A program made the translations under genes and the position numbers. Source: Paraspadella gotoi (Eukaryota > Animalia > Chaetognatha). From it: 64,000 nt of DNA. Below, in pieces: positions 13,264-25,550 of the stretch. How positions within the stretch are numbered: position 1 is the stretch's first letter; each line of letters opens with the position of its first letter. The notes below the pieces were generated by a model. It worked only from the letters and a program-made list of their open reading frames with translations. It did no database searches and was not told the DNA's origin. Location: the NCBI GenBank assembly GCA_051294375.1, contig CM119264.1, forward strand, positions 13,660,813 to 13,724,812. Reading direction: 5' to 3'.

Positions 13264-13305
<42 letters not shown>

Positions 13306-15986
13306 GAATTTCCTATTTCCCTCCCCAAATTTTTTTTCTCTCCGTGTTTTGCTTTATTTTGCTCCTTTTTTTTCTCTTCCGTCATGGCGGACCGATAATC
13401 ATCAGTAAATTATCACCGCCATCGGTGATAATCACGGACGTTATGATCCTCTCAGTTCACTCGGTCTTTGACTCTTTGGAGGGCGCCATTTTTCGGGGCC
13501 CGAAGGGACTTAACGCATTGAGGGAAAGGACTGGTCATTGGTCAAGCGCCCTTTTCTCCCTTAATTTTTTCTTCTCTTCCCTCCCTTTCTAATTTACATC
13601 CGACAAAATTAGGGACACTCATATTCTTTCCACTACTCCACCCCGTCCTCGAACGACTGCTAACAAATACTTTCCCCTCATATGGTTGAACCAGAATTGT
13701 GGTTTCAACGTTGAATAGAAATCTATTCACGCTAATTTGATTCCGGGTAATTTTCATTAATTATCACTTTCTTTCTTCCTTTACAATATTACGACTTAAA
13801 TCCCCAACAAACAACGAATAAACATCCTAGTAAATTAGCGCGAATTTCCCCGCACCCTCGTTACCTGCCTTTCTTAGCCTCCGCGGGATTAAGAAATGGC
13901 AGGTTGACTACGTAATATGCGAGCATCGCGTTCGCAAGAATGCCAAGCATCAAACCCCTGGTCGAGCGCATATCGTGCAACCACGTCGCTTTCACATTCG
14001 TTTTGCCTTTTGGCGACTTTTCTTTTTCTACTCTGGAAATTCGTTAAAAACTAATAATCCAATTCGAGATAAAAAAAAACTCTTTTTCCTTCCGAGTTCT
14101 CATCTCTTCTTGTCAGGTTTTAGTCTTTCTTTTTCTCATAACTTTTCATTACTTACATTTTACTTACAATATATTTAGGACCGGTCAAAATAGCCATAAG
14201 CTTAAAAGAAAGCTCTCACAGTTTCCAGCCAATTACGGTAGTTTCATAGTTTTATTTTCATTTATCGTTTCTTATTTTCTTATCTCATCTGAGCTCATTT
14301 CCTGCTCATTATCGAATCCTCTCTCAGTTCATTCTTCTAATACCTCGTTTCATCTTTTCATCTTCGGTCTTAATTAATCTTAATCTCATCCCGTCCACTC
14401 GTCTCCTATAAACTTCACTAAACCTAATCCCTTTTCTCTCTCATCTCTACTCTCTCTCATATCTTTCTCCTCTCTCTCATCTCTCATACTCTCATACTCT
14501 CTACTCTCAATCTCTACTCTACTACTACATACATATACTACTCTACTTTCTCTCTCCTCTCTCGTTTCGACGAGTCTCATAATTAACTCATCTTTCACAG
14601 GCCGCCCCGTCGTTTTCGCTGGCATCATTCACCAGCGCCCATCATTCACCGAACCAGCCCTTGATCACTCTAAAACTCATCGTTCACTATATTCACGCCT
14701 AATTAACTCATCCCCGACGCCCGTGCATCTTCGGGCGCGAATCCTTCTCTCACATTTCCTTCTCATTTCGATCGCGTCGTCCCGAGAAATTTCCGAGGGA
14801 GAAAAAAGATTGGGTTTCTTGGATATTACTTTCTCAGAAAATTTTTATCTTGCTCATTTGTGACTTTGTCAATAAATACTCTTTACTGATCTAATCATAT
14901 AATTTATGGTAAGTTACAATTTGGCGATTATTAATGATAAAAATGACGATTAAGACAAACAAAACAAACTAAAATTAAACTAAAATTTAGAAACCCGATA
15001 GTTTTTGAATAAAAATTAAAACGTTGTCGACGAAAACGACGAAAAATTGAATGAAGAGGGCGTGTCCGCAGTCGACGTCGTCGTCGTCGTCGTCCCCGTC
15101 GCCCCATCCTTTCCCGGACGATTCGTTTAATCGTTCCTTTTGTTTTCGTTTTCCTTTGTTCCTCTCGGAACCGCCTCGGCCTCGTCCTGCCTCCTCCCNN
15201 NNNNNNNNNNNNNNNNNNNNNNNNNNNNNNNNNNNNNNNNNNNNNNNNNNNNNNNNNNNNNNNNNNNNNNNNNNNNNNNNNNNNNNNNNNNNNNNNNNNN
15301 NNNNNNNNNNNNNNNNNNNNNNNNNNNNNNNNNNNNNNNNNNNNNNNNNNNNNNNNNNNNNNNNNNNNNNNNNNNNNNNNNNNNNNNNNNNNNNNNNNNN
15401 NNNNNNNNNNNNNNNNNNNNNNNNNNNNNNNNNNNNNNNNNNNNNNNNNNNNNNNNNNNNNNNNNNNNNNNNNNNNNNNNNNNNNNNNNNNNNNNNNNNN
15501 NNNNNNNNNNNNNNNNNNNNNNNNNNNNNNNNNNNNNNNNNNNNNNNNNNNNNNNNNNNNNNNNNNNNNNNNNNNNNNNNNNNNNNNNNNNNNNNNNNNN
15601 NNNNNNNNNNNNNNNNNNNNNNNNNNNNNNNNNNNNNNNNNNNNNNNNNNNNNNNNNNCCCCGCCATGCCCCGCCATGCCCGGAACCTCGTCCTTGAAAT
15701 TCAGAATTTCGAAGTCGCGAATTTTATGCGAAACGAAATTTGAAAATGAAAGGAGGAAGAATATGAGGGAAGGAAGGGACGACAGTAACAGAACACGAGA
15801 CAGGAGGGGATGAGGAAGCCCATGGTCGACGAGGTCATCTGTTTCTCGGGTATGACTAATATGGTGGACGGAAACTAGAAGGGTTATTGGCGGAATGGAA
15901 ACGAAATGTTTCAAATGTTGGTCTTGTTTTCTAAAAATAAAACGAGGGATGGATATTTTACGAATCGAGAGAAAGAGGGGAAGCGA

Positions 15987-16051
<65 letters not shown>

Positions 16052-16757
16052 GGGGCAAAATCGCCGACTCGAATCCAAAGGCCTGAAATCACCCTCGTGT
16101 TTGCCAGGCAACGACTGCGGCCGACGAAGCGTTATGTGCAGCATTGTTGCAACAATCGCTGCGGAAAGATTAGAAGCCGCAGCAGTCGCAACGACCGTTT
16201 TGAAGGCAACTCCGTATCATTTGCGACCGGGAAAAAAAAATATATCCAACGGTGCAAATCGTTTTTCGCGCTTTGAGTATAAACTTTCTTTCTTTAAAAA
16301 TAAGAAGGTGTTTGTTCACCATTAGTTTGTTTGTCTTTGGATTAATTTCTGTTTTCCTTGCTTGGTTTAGTTTTTTTTTTTTTTATCTTAGATCCGGGTT
16401 TTATGTTAGATCATCGTAATGAGTTTATAGATTAATTACATCTCAAAGAATTAATGAACTTTGGATTTAATATATCGAGTTTCTCTATTCAACAAAAGAA
16501 AAAAAACCCGATAGTTTGAAAAAGAAAAACCTCCGATAAAATGGGCAACGACATCGACAAAGAGAAAGAGTTTCCGGATCTTTGCGTCAGCATCGTTGCT
16601 CTCGTTTCATCTTGTTTTTGGTCGTCGTCGTCTTCGTCGTCGTGGATTCATCGTTATCATTCGTCGCTGCAAATTATTTGTCGATGTAATTGTCGTCGTC
16701 ATCTTCATCTTCGCCTTCAACATCGTCGTCGTCTTCGTCGTCGTGGTCCTCGTATTC

Positions 16758-16832
16758 TTAGGCAGAAATCGTTTTTTGAATCCAATCGGAAAATTCGGAG
16801 ATTTTGGCGAAGACAGGTGGGTTTCCTTCCAC
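16758..16832 (-). CDS. Trypsin-like serine protease homolog, last exon (VEGNPPVFAKISEFSDWIQKTISA*)
   Basis: Matches the S1A C-terminal pattern PGVYTRVSxYxDWI. Acceptor TTATACAG, with the stop TAA ending at 16758. Confidence 0.92.
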   Translation of the reverse strand: MEGNPPVFAKISEFSDWIQKTISA

Positions 16833-16946
16833 CTGTATAATTTTAAAAAAAAGATAATAAATAATTAGAATTAATTTTATCAATAAATTATGCTCGGTTT
16901 TTTTTTTTTGGGGTGACGCCCCTACCCCTTTGCCCTCATTCCTCAC

Positions 16947-17159
16947 CAAACAGGGCTTCATGGCCCAATTGACGAGTCCGACTTGACGCCACACCCCGGC
17001 GCTCGTGGCGCAGACGAACGGCGCCCCGAAGGGCGAAAGGAAGCCGATGTCTTCTCGACAAAAACCGGCGCCGTCGCCGCCGAAACAAAGCATCGAATTC
17101 GTCAGAGACGGACCCCAAAATTGTTGACACTTTGTGGGCGGAATGACGCCGCCTCGAAG
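16947..17159 (-). CDS. Trypsin-like serine protease homolog, exon covering the Ser195 region (LRGGVIPPTKCQQFWGPSLTNSMLCFGGDGAGFCREDIGFLSPFGAPFVCATSAGVWRQVGLVNWAMKPCL)
   Basis: Long polypyrimidine tract plus CAG acceptor, and donor G|GTGAGG. The exon is 213 nt, phase 0/0. It shows the S1A cysteines and the MLC-G, PxVC, WxxxGxVxW pattern. Confidence 0.93.
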
Positions 17160-17826
17160 CTGAGGAAGGGGGAGGGAAGAGGGGGGGAAGAGTTTCGTTA
17201 ATTTTGTTAATTTCCTTTTTTATTGATTATGGTGATGATGAATTTTTACTGTTAAAGTCGAACAAACTGTTTTTTAATGTTTACTAGCGATAGTATGCAA
17301 TTGTCGTTTGCGGTTAACAACCTTCTCTGCAATACTTCAATCCTAATCTCCCTTTACATTTTCCACAACCCCCTTTTGTAATCCCCCATCGCCCTTCCCT
17401 CTTTTCTCCTCCGAGTTCCAAGTCCGTAAACCACAAACTTATGCATAATTGAAGAAGAGAAACTCGTAGACTCACGCCTGGTTAATCGGTGACTTAGCAA
17501 CGGGGGACGCGGAAAGGATAGATACGGAGACCGAGATATCGAACACTCGCGAGGAAAACAGTCAAGGGAATTTTGATTGATGATTGTAGAAGAGAATACA
17601 TGCCGGTATGATTGTACATAATGAAGAAATAAAAAAAAATATATTGCGGAATTCAATGTTTAGCCAAAGTTATGGATCTTGGAGCCTTTGAAAGCGACGG
17701 GAAGTCCCTTAACCCCAAGAGTCTTTTCCTAAATAGAAGTTAAAAAGTTTCTGGCCCATACGCCATCTGTTGTGCGATAATTTTTGTGGTAATTTATTCA
17801 GTGGTGGACCTGAAAGCTCAACGAAC

Positions 17827-18034
17827 CTGTTGCAGTCTTGGCTCGTACGTATCCCCCATCTTGAGTCCCCATCCAACGGCGAAGCAGTTCTTTTCGTCCA
17901 CTCCGTCATCTTGGTCGCCTCTCGGAAGGCACACCTTCCCGACTCGATCGTCGAGGGCGACGGGTCGCGACAATTTAACCAACGCGACGTCGAATGGCGT
18001 CGGTTTACCGCGGAAATCGGTATGACGGACGATT
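17827..18034 (-). CDS. Trypsin-like serine protease homolog, exon with Asp102 (IVRHTDFRGKPTPFDVALVKLSRPVALDDRVGKVCLP...NCFAVGWG...PRLQQ)
   Basis: DVALVKL, VCLP and CxxxGWG motifs are present. Acceptor CGCAG and donor CAG|GTTCGT. It joins the next exon in phase 0. The ORF track does not show it. Confidence 0.95.
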
Positions 18035-18828
18035 CTGCGATTTAGTGATCACTTTTAAGTCCCATAGGCAAAGGATTATTTCACGTTGTTACAGTTTTCT
18101 ATTCTGTTTCTATTTCTATCCGTTATTTAAGGGCTTNNNNNNNNNNNNNNNNNNNNNNNNNNNNNNNNNNNNNNNNNNNNNNNNNNNNNNNNNNNNNNNN
18201 NNNNNNNNNNNNNNNNNNNNNNNNNNNNNNNNNNNNNNNNNNNNNNNNNNNNNNNNNNNNNNNNNNNNNNNNNNNNNNNNNNNNNNNNNNNNNNNNNNNN
18301 NNNNNNNNNNNNNNNNNNNNNNNNNNNNNNNNNNNNNNNNNNNNNNNNNNNNNNNNNNNNNNNNNNNNNNNNNNNNNNNNNNNNNNNNNNNNNNNNNNNN
18401 NNNNNNNNNNNNNNNNNNNNNNNNNNNNNNNNNNNNNNNNNNNNNNNNNNNNNNNNNNNNNNNNNNNNNNNNNNNNNNNNNNNNNNNNNNNNNNNNNNNN
18501 NNNNNNNNNNNNNNNNNNNNNNNNNNNNNNNNNNNNNNNNNNNNNNNNNNNNNNNNNNNNNNNNNNNNNNNNNNNNNNNNNNNNNNNNNNNNNNNNNNNN
18601 NNNNNNNNNNNNNNNNNNNNNNNNNNNNNNNNNNNNNNNNNNNNNNNNNNNNNNNNNNNNNNNNNNNNNNNNNNNNNNNNNNNNNNNNNNNNNNNNNNNN
18701 NNNNNNNNNNNNNNNNNNNNNNNNNNNNNNNNNNNNNNNNNNNNNNNNNNNNNNNNNNNNNNNNNNNNNNNNNNNNNNNNNNNNNNNNNNNNNNNNNNNN
18801 NNNNNNNNNNNNNNNNNNNNNNNNNNNN

Positions 18829-18865
18829 GATTGGGTCCCGTCAGAGTTCGACGTTGGAGCGAAAC
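18829..18865 (-). CDS. Trypsin-like serine protease homolog, partial exon (VSLQRRTLTGPN..., runs into N gap)
   Basis: Acceptor TCTTCAG at 18866-18872. VSLQ follows HSWPFT of the previous exon as in WPWQVSLQ. The His57 region lies in the gap at 18137-18828. Confidence 0.85.
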
Positions 18866-19041
18866 CTGAAGACCCAAGAAAATATGTAGGTCGAAGAAAC
18901 GATCACGTGACTGACGTTCAACTCGTGAAAACGACGCCCTCCGATTTCTCCCCTCGATTTCCACTCTTTCCTTCTTAATTTTAAGATCCACTTTTAAAAG
19001 CTCCAATTCTCGAAAGTCCTTTAAAATCTTTAAAATCTTAC

Positions 19042-19124
19042 AGTAAACGGCCAAGAATGCGGAAGAGCGACGCCGTCCGCCGTATTGACGCCGGTTTTAG
19101 TGACGCCACATGGCGTGGCGACGC
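19042..19124 (-). CDS. Trypsin-like serine protease homolog, pro-region exon (VATPCGVTKTGVNTADGVALPHSWPFT)
   Basis: Pyrimidine-rich acceptor ...GACCAG and donor T|GTAAGA. The exon is 83 nt, phase 1/0, with PCG (Cys1 equivalent) and AxPHSWP motifs. Confidence 0.9.
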
Positions 19125-19678
19125 CTGGTCGACAGAAAAAAAGAAAAGATGCACCAGAGAAACCGATAATAAAAATCGTAAAAAACTGCATTTTTTGGCT
19201 TTTCTTTGTTAATCGAATTGNNNNNNNNNNNNNNNNNNNNNNNNNNNNNNNNNNNNNNNNNNNNNNNNNNNNNNNNNNNNNNNNNNNNNNNNNNNNNNNN
19301 NNNNNNNNNNNNNNNNNNNNNNNNNNNNNNNNNNNNNNNNNNNNNNNNNNNNNNNNNNNNNNNNNNNNNNNNNNNNNNNNNNNNNNNNNNNNNNNNNNNN
19401 NNNNNNNNNNNNNNNNNNNNNNNNNNNNNNNNNNNNNNNNNNNNNNNNNNNNNNNNNNNNNNNNNNNNNNNNNNNNNNNNNNNNNNNNNNNNNNNNNNNN
19501 NNNNNNNNNNNNNNNNNNNNNNNNNNNNNNNNNNNNNNNNNNNNNNNNNNNNNNNNNNNNNNNNNNNNNNNNNNNNNNNACTTAGCACATCATAGAGTAT
19601 TTTAAAAATTGGGACTAATAAAAGTGAAATGATAAAATTATAGTGATATACAGTTCCAATTAAAATAAATTGGAACAA

Positions 19679-20172
19679 AAGCAAGATCGGTTCATCCAAT
19701 GTGTTGCGCCGCAATGACTTTTTTAAGGGGTGACTACATGACTACATAACTACAATAACTTTTTTGGCCCTGTATTTATGACACCCACTGCATCGGAATT
19801 CCATCTTTTATTCTTTATAGTTTTAGGATTTGCTGAAGGCGGCGCTAGCAATCACTTTTATTTCAGGATTTTTCACTTTTTAAAAAATAAGTAATTAACT
19901 ATAGGCGAGTTATGANNNNNNNNNNNNNNNNNNNNNNNNNNNNNNNNNNNAGTTTTAGGATTTGCTGAAGGCGGCGCTAGCAATCACTTTCATTTCAGGA
20001 TTTTTCTCTTTTTAAAAAATAAGTAATTAACTATAGGCGAGTTATGAGAATTTTTTACATAAGTGGGACAGACCGATGGACCGACATACCCACCGACCGA
20101 CGGACGGACAGCAGACCGACAGACCGACCGAAAAAAGACTTATAAAGTTTCGCCGCGAGTACTCGCGGTGCT
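19679..20172 (+). mobile_element. Non-autonomous Helentron/DINE-1-like (HINE) element, family 1
   Basis: It starts CAAGATCGGTTCATCCAATGTGTTGCGCCGC, has a GACC/GACA/GACG microsatellite at 20067-20130 and a terminal palindrome CCGCGAGTACTCGCGG at 20153-20168. Both ends match the inverted copy at 25551-25721. Confidence 0.7.
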
Positions 20173-22205
20173 TTGTTTGAGCTGAGTGAAGCAACACCTG
20201 TTTTAAATCCATACGCGATTCCCTCCTTCAATCAGATTCGAACTTTTTTAGACTCGAAATAAAAATTAAGTTTGTTTTCTTGTTGCCTTTCCCTGACTCA
20301 GACTAAATTTGCACAAAGATGTGCAGAGTAAGATCAGCAATTCTCTCTGCTTGCAATAGAAACTTCTTCAATTTAGTTTTATATTAATTAAACAAATTAT
20401 AAAGTTCTTTCAACACAATTACCAATTTTCTTCTTAGTTAAACGTCGAGTTTAGTTTTGCTTTCCCGCACGAGAAAAAAATAAAATTGAGAAAAGGAAAT
20501 CCTGTTCAGTAATTAAACTCGAAATTAATTACTCTCCCAATACAATTCGACGAAGTAATTAAAAATGCAAATTTAATTATTTTTTTCTCCTTTGCTGAGT
20601 TACCCTCGAGATTCCCTATTTTTTCTCTTCCTTCCTCCTTTTTTCCTTTCCTCCCTCACCCTGCCTCCCTCCCAAAAAATAACGGGATTTTAACTTCCAT
20701 TTAAAAAAAAAAAAAAAACCATTTTATTCCTCTATCCCGCCATAAAAAAAAAACCTGACCTCACAAGAGGCCCCGGTGGTGCCTTACCTAAAAACCGCGA
20801 AACTTTACCTCGGCTCCTCTTTGCCCGCCAAATTTCGTCGATCGCTCGTATTACGACGAACGTTAACGACGACGACTATGATGACGACGACATCCACCAC
20901 GACGGAAGCGACGAAGAAGAGGCCTGAAAGTCTCGCGATCGAGCCCGTGTCTCACACCGACGCGTCGATGGCTCGGGAATAGGTTTTAAAATTAAATTAA
21001 TTAACATCAACATTCAACAAAAAGAAGAGAGATCAAGATCAAATGCATCTCAATAATATGAACACCAACGCGTTTCCCTCATGGCTTGCGCGCGAAACCG
21101 CGGTAAACAAAGGTAGAATTATCTTCTCCAACTCCTCGACGGTGATTGGTCCAGCCGCCCAATCCAAGGACCGCAGGAAGAAAGCTTGCATTTTGCGATC
21201 CAAAACGCGAAGGGGAACCGCGCGGCCCAACAACAGATAACAAATAGGCGAGTTATGAGAATTTTTACATAAGTGGGACAGACCGATGGAACCGACATAC
21301 CCACCGACCGACCGGATACGGACACAGACCGACAGACCGACCGGAAAAAAGACCTTATAAAGTTTCGCCGCGAGTACTCGCGGTGCTTTGTTTGAGCTGA
21401 GTGAAGCAACAACCCTGTTTTAAATCCATACGCGATCCTCCTTCATCAGATTCGAACTTTTTTAGACTCGAAATAAAATTAATTGTTTTCTTGTGCCTTT
21501 CCCTGACTCAGACAAATTTGCAACAAAGATGCAGAGTAAATCAGCAATTCATCTCTGCTTGCAATAGAAACTTCTTCAATTTAGTTTATATTAATTAAAA
21601 ATTATAAAGTCTTTCAACAACAATTACCATTTTTCTTACTTTTAAACGTCGAGTTTCGTTTTAGCTTTCCCGAGAGAAAAAAATAAAATTGAGAAAAGGA
21701 AATCCTGTTCAGTAATTAACTCAAAATTAATTACTCTCCCAATCAATTCGACGAAGTAATTAAAAATGCAAATTGTAATTATTTTTTCTCCTTTACTGAG
21801 TTACCCTCGAAGATCCCTATTTTTCTCTTCCTTCCTCCTTTTTTCCTTTCCTCACTCCCAAAAAATAACGGGATTTTAACTTCCATTTAAAAAAAAAAAA
21901 AAAACCATTTTATTCCTCTATCCCGCCATAAAAAAAAAACCTGACCTCACAAGAGGCCCCGGTGGTGCCTTACCTAAAAACCGCGAAACTTTACCTCGGC
22001 TCCTCTTTGCCCGCCAAATTTCGTCGATCGCTCGTATTACGACGAACGTTAACGACGACGACTATGATGACGAAGAACCATCCACCACCGAGAAACGACG
22101 AAGAAGAGGCCTGAAATCTCGCGATCGAGCCCGTGTCTCACAACCAACGCTCGATTGCTCGGGAATAGTTTTAAAATTAACTTTTAACATCAAAAAACAT
22201 TCAAC
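20033..22205. other. ~0.97-kb direct duplication (20033-21020 vs 21244-22205) with many small indels
   Basis: The copies are collinear and separated by a 224-bp unique spacer. Differences are mostly homopolymer or 1-nt indels, suggesting long-read gap-fill redundancy. Confidence 0.85.
20809..20923 (-). CDS. Candidate upstream exon of the protease homolog (LFFVASVVVDVVVIIVVVVNVRRNTSDRRNLAGKEEP), hydrophobic or SEA-like
   Basis: TTTCAG acceptor and AG|GTAAAG donor. It ends in phase 2, so another exon (perhaps in the gap at 19221-19579) is needed to join the phase-1 exon at 19124. It lies in a noisy duplicated segment. Confidence 0.35.
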
Positions 22206-22778
22206 ATCAACCCTGAAATTCGTTTGGCGGTGAAATCGATTTTCAAAGTCCCAATCCCTGGACTCCTAAACGTCCCGCGCTGACTCAAAACGGACTTTTC
22301 GGCGTTTCGTTATGCAAATCGGGGTCGAACTCGGGCGCAACCTGCCCCGTCACGCGACTCAACGTCAAACCACTTTCGTAACGGTTTTCCTCTAATTTTT
22401 CCTTCGCACTGAACGTAAACTGGGCCGAAAGTCACTGCGGACGGACGAGGAGAAACGACGAAAAATGTCCGACCGCAAAGGTCNNNNNNNNNNNNNNNNN
22501 NNNNNNNNAACGATGGAGACTTCCGCTACAACCTTCAAAAGAAAAACCCGATAAAATTAACACGAAGTTTGGCTCTCAAAATGCGTCAGTCCCTCGAATT
22601 TCGTGAAGCGAAAACAATGAATAAAATGAAAGAGCAGACGATTTGAGTTTCGATTCCTTTCGACTTTTCCGTCCGAACAAATTCTTGGCTTTTTTTCGAT
22701 CTCCCTTTGACCGAGATATTGATTTGCCCTTTGGTGCCATTAAAAAAAGGGGTCAAGCATGTCACATTTCAGGGCTGA

Positions 22779-22826
<48 letters not shown>

Positions 22827-22993
22827 AAAAGGAAAATAGAATAGATAAAATCACCGATAAAAGGATAGGAGAAAAAAAAAAGAGGAAAATAGGTGAAACA
22901 GATAAGGAAGTGACAAGTAATGGAAAACTGTCAATAGGCGGGCAACAAAAATAATTGGAGAAAGTCAATGGAACTTTATCTTTTTTAGCTTTA

Positions 22994-23044
22994 AACAACC
23001 ACAACAACAACCACAACAACAACCACAACAACAACCACAACAGC
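22994..23044. repeat. 12-bp tandem repeat (ACAACAACCACA)n
   Basis: About four copies are seen directly. Confidence 0.85.
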
Positions 23045-24224
23045 AAGTCTCTAATTGCATGTTTCGTCGCCACTTCTATTTTTCTCTTTCTGAAACCCAC
23101 CTTTGTTCAGAAAACCCTGTAAACTCACCTTTCCCGAGACCCGGAAAGAGTTTCTTTATGCAAATTGAATTTTGGTTGGATTCTCAGTGAGACGAGTCTC
23201 TCTCTCTGTCTCTACTTCCTTTGTTTTCCATTCTCTTTCCCTATCTATTTTTCGGGGATTGGCTTATGGTTTAAAACGAGCGGGAATATAAGATCACCCA
23301 ATATCCGTCAGTGAGAGTGTCGGCGGTAAAAATCCCCGTTTAACAAAAACAGGAAAAAGAAATTTAATGAAATTCCATCCTTAGTGACGCCAGGATTCCA
23401 CTCGAGGCCGCCAGGTAAGTTAAAGGCTCCGGCGCCAAGACTGTAATGGAACAATCAGGCGTGGTCGCTTCTATTTTTATTCAAAGTGGAGAGAAAAATC
23501 CGGTGACGATCTAGAGTGGGTGAGGAAAGACTGGTAGGTAGGGGGTGAGGAAATACGGAAAGAGAGAGAAAAAGGTTCGGACGACGCAGAGCGATTCAAT
23601 TTCACCTTTTGGAAATTGGACGGATTTCAAAAGGATCTCGGACTAAAGCGGGATTGTATTCAAATTAGACGAGGTTGACGGCCGTTTTCAACAAAACAAC
23701 TCTTTTTGGCGGGAAAACGCGAAGGATAAAGAGAATTATCGGTTTGAAAACGGCTCGAACGATAAATATTCTACTTTTTCACAGCGACCATTGGCTTTCC
23801 ATGAGTCGAGATGGAATTTCGGTGAATTTTCGGTCCTGACTCGATTTAAACCTCTTTACGCCTTCTCTTTTTTCTACTTCTGCAGCTTCTTATCGTGACC
23901 TNNNNNNNNNNNNNNNNNNNNNNNNNNNNNNNNNNNNNNNNNNNNNNNNNNNNNNNNNNNNNNNNNNNNNNNNNNNNNNNNNNNNNNNNNNNNNNNNNNN
24001 NNNNNNNNNNNNNNNNNNNNNNNNNNNNNNNNNTCTCTCTCTCTCTCTCTCTCCAGCAACAAGTCTTTTCGAATTGTTTCGGTTTGGTTGAGAGTTGAGA
24101 CGATTTAGAATTTTTAGTTTCTTCTTTTTCTCATTTTTTTCCTTCATTTCCTTTTCTTTTTCCTTTTTCTCTACCAGCTGTATCTTAAATTCTTATTCTT
24201 AGGTTTTTTGTTTTTTATCTTCAC

Positions 24225-24308
<84 letters not shown>

Positions 24309-24310
24309 TC
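24225..24310. repeat. (CTTT)n microsatellite, one of dozens of (CT)n/(GA)n, (GAC)n and tetranucleotide tracts across the window
   Basis: Seen directly. Such tracts generate most of the SLSLSL/ERERER/DDDD ORFs in the track. Confidence 0.95.
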
Positions 24311-25550
24311 GTAATTTTATTCTTCTACAAGTTACCGAAACACATAGTAGAATATTTTTTTTTCTATACCAAAGTTTATAAAGTATAAATACGCAAACAC
24401 GCTCGATTAAACGCAGCTTGACAGTGAAATGAAGACAAATCTCAGTAATATTTTTCAAGATATACCAAGATGCGAGATAATGGTAAATTTCTTCATCATT
24501 TCCTCCCGACTTTTCTCATAAAATAAACATTTTCCTCGGAGATGGAATGATGATTCGTCCGCCGACTGCGGCTGCGTCTCCGCAATAGTTTATGTGAGGC
24601 AAAGGAAAAGTCAACGTTATCATCCTTCAGCTCAGGTTTTTGCGAATAATTAATGATTTTGGATTTATGGTAGGTCCCTACGTATTAGAACGTAGGCTCT
24701 ATGTGTGAAAGTGAAAAACCAAAAAAAAATTAATTAAAAAAAAAAAAAAATAACGAAAAGAATTCAAAATAAATTATATTTAATATTTAATTTCTAACTT
24801 TTTAGCCGGCAATCGAGTCTGCTCAAAAGAGTTGGATTAAACGAATAACTTTTTTTTTCTCTTTGCTGACGAAAATCTGAGAGATTCCCAGAAACCGGAA
24901 GCAAATGGAGCTTTGTATAAAGATATCCAATATATTCATATGTTTCGGCAAAGGAATTCGTCATCGTCGTCGTCGTCGTCGTCGTCGATTCGAGAGAGCG
25001 AGGAAAAAGAATTGGATTTCGACATAATAATTCACAGAAGAGAATTGCCAAAACAAATATTTCTCGGGGGTCCTCTTTCCTCTTCCCATCCTCTCCGTCC
25101 ATTTCGGCCCAACACCCTTTTATTTTGCTACAGTCCCGCGCTTTTTTTTTCGACTCACTCGGCCACATCTCCTTTCATTTTAGGCTTTTCATTACTTCAT
25201 TCTTTCTTTGATAAATGTTCTATGTAATTCCACCTGCCAGTTATCTTTTCGCCATATTTTCTACATTTTCCACTTCTCCTAATCTATTTAAATGTACGCT
25301 CAGTTCGAACTTCAACGATCTGATTCTACTATAAATCTTTCCTCTTTGTATAGATCTTGAAAGGCTTCACCCACCATAACCTTTTCAAAGTCTAGCATGT
25401 GTATAGAATCAATGGATAGCTTTATTATCAAACGAGTAGATAATTTCTAATTTATAATGTATCAGTTTCATATTTGGGACGTCACGTGATCCCACAATTA
25501 GGAGATAAGAAAGTTAATGCGGCGCGACGCTTTGGGATTGTCGTTCCTTG

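Noticed and set aside
13408-13431. ATTATCACCG-CCAT-CGGTGATAAT palindrome resembling a phage lambda operator
   Set aside because: The spacing is wrong, the context is eukaryotic and there is no phage sequence nearby.
13863-13904. Short hairpin ACCTGCC-TTTCTTA...TAAGAAA-T-GGCAGGT as a possible pre-miRNA
   Set aside because: Too short (~42 nt), with no recognisable mature miRNA.
16125-16175. KRYVQHCCNNRC looks like an insulin A-chain start
   Set aside because: The final Cys eight residues later is absent, and no B-chain or signal exon is seen.
22984-23060. LLLWLLLWLLLW stretch as the transmembrane anchor of the protease homolog
   Set aside because: It arises from a perfect 12-bp tandem repeat with no supported splice path to the downstream exons.
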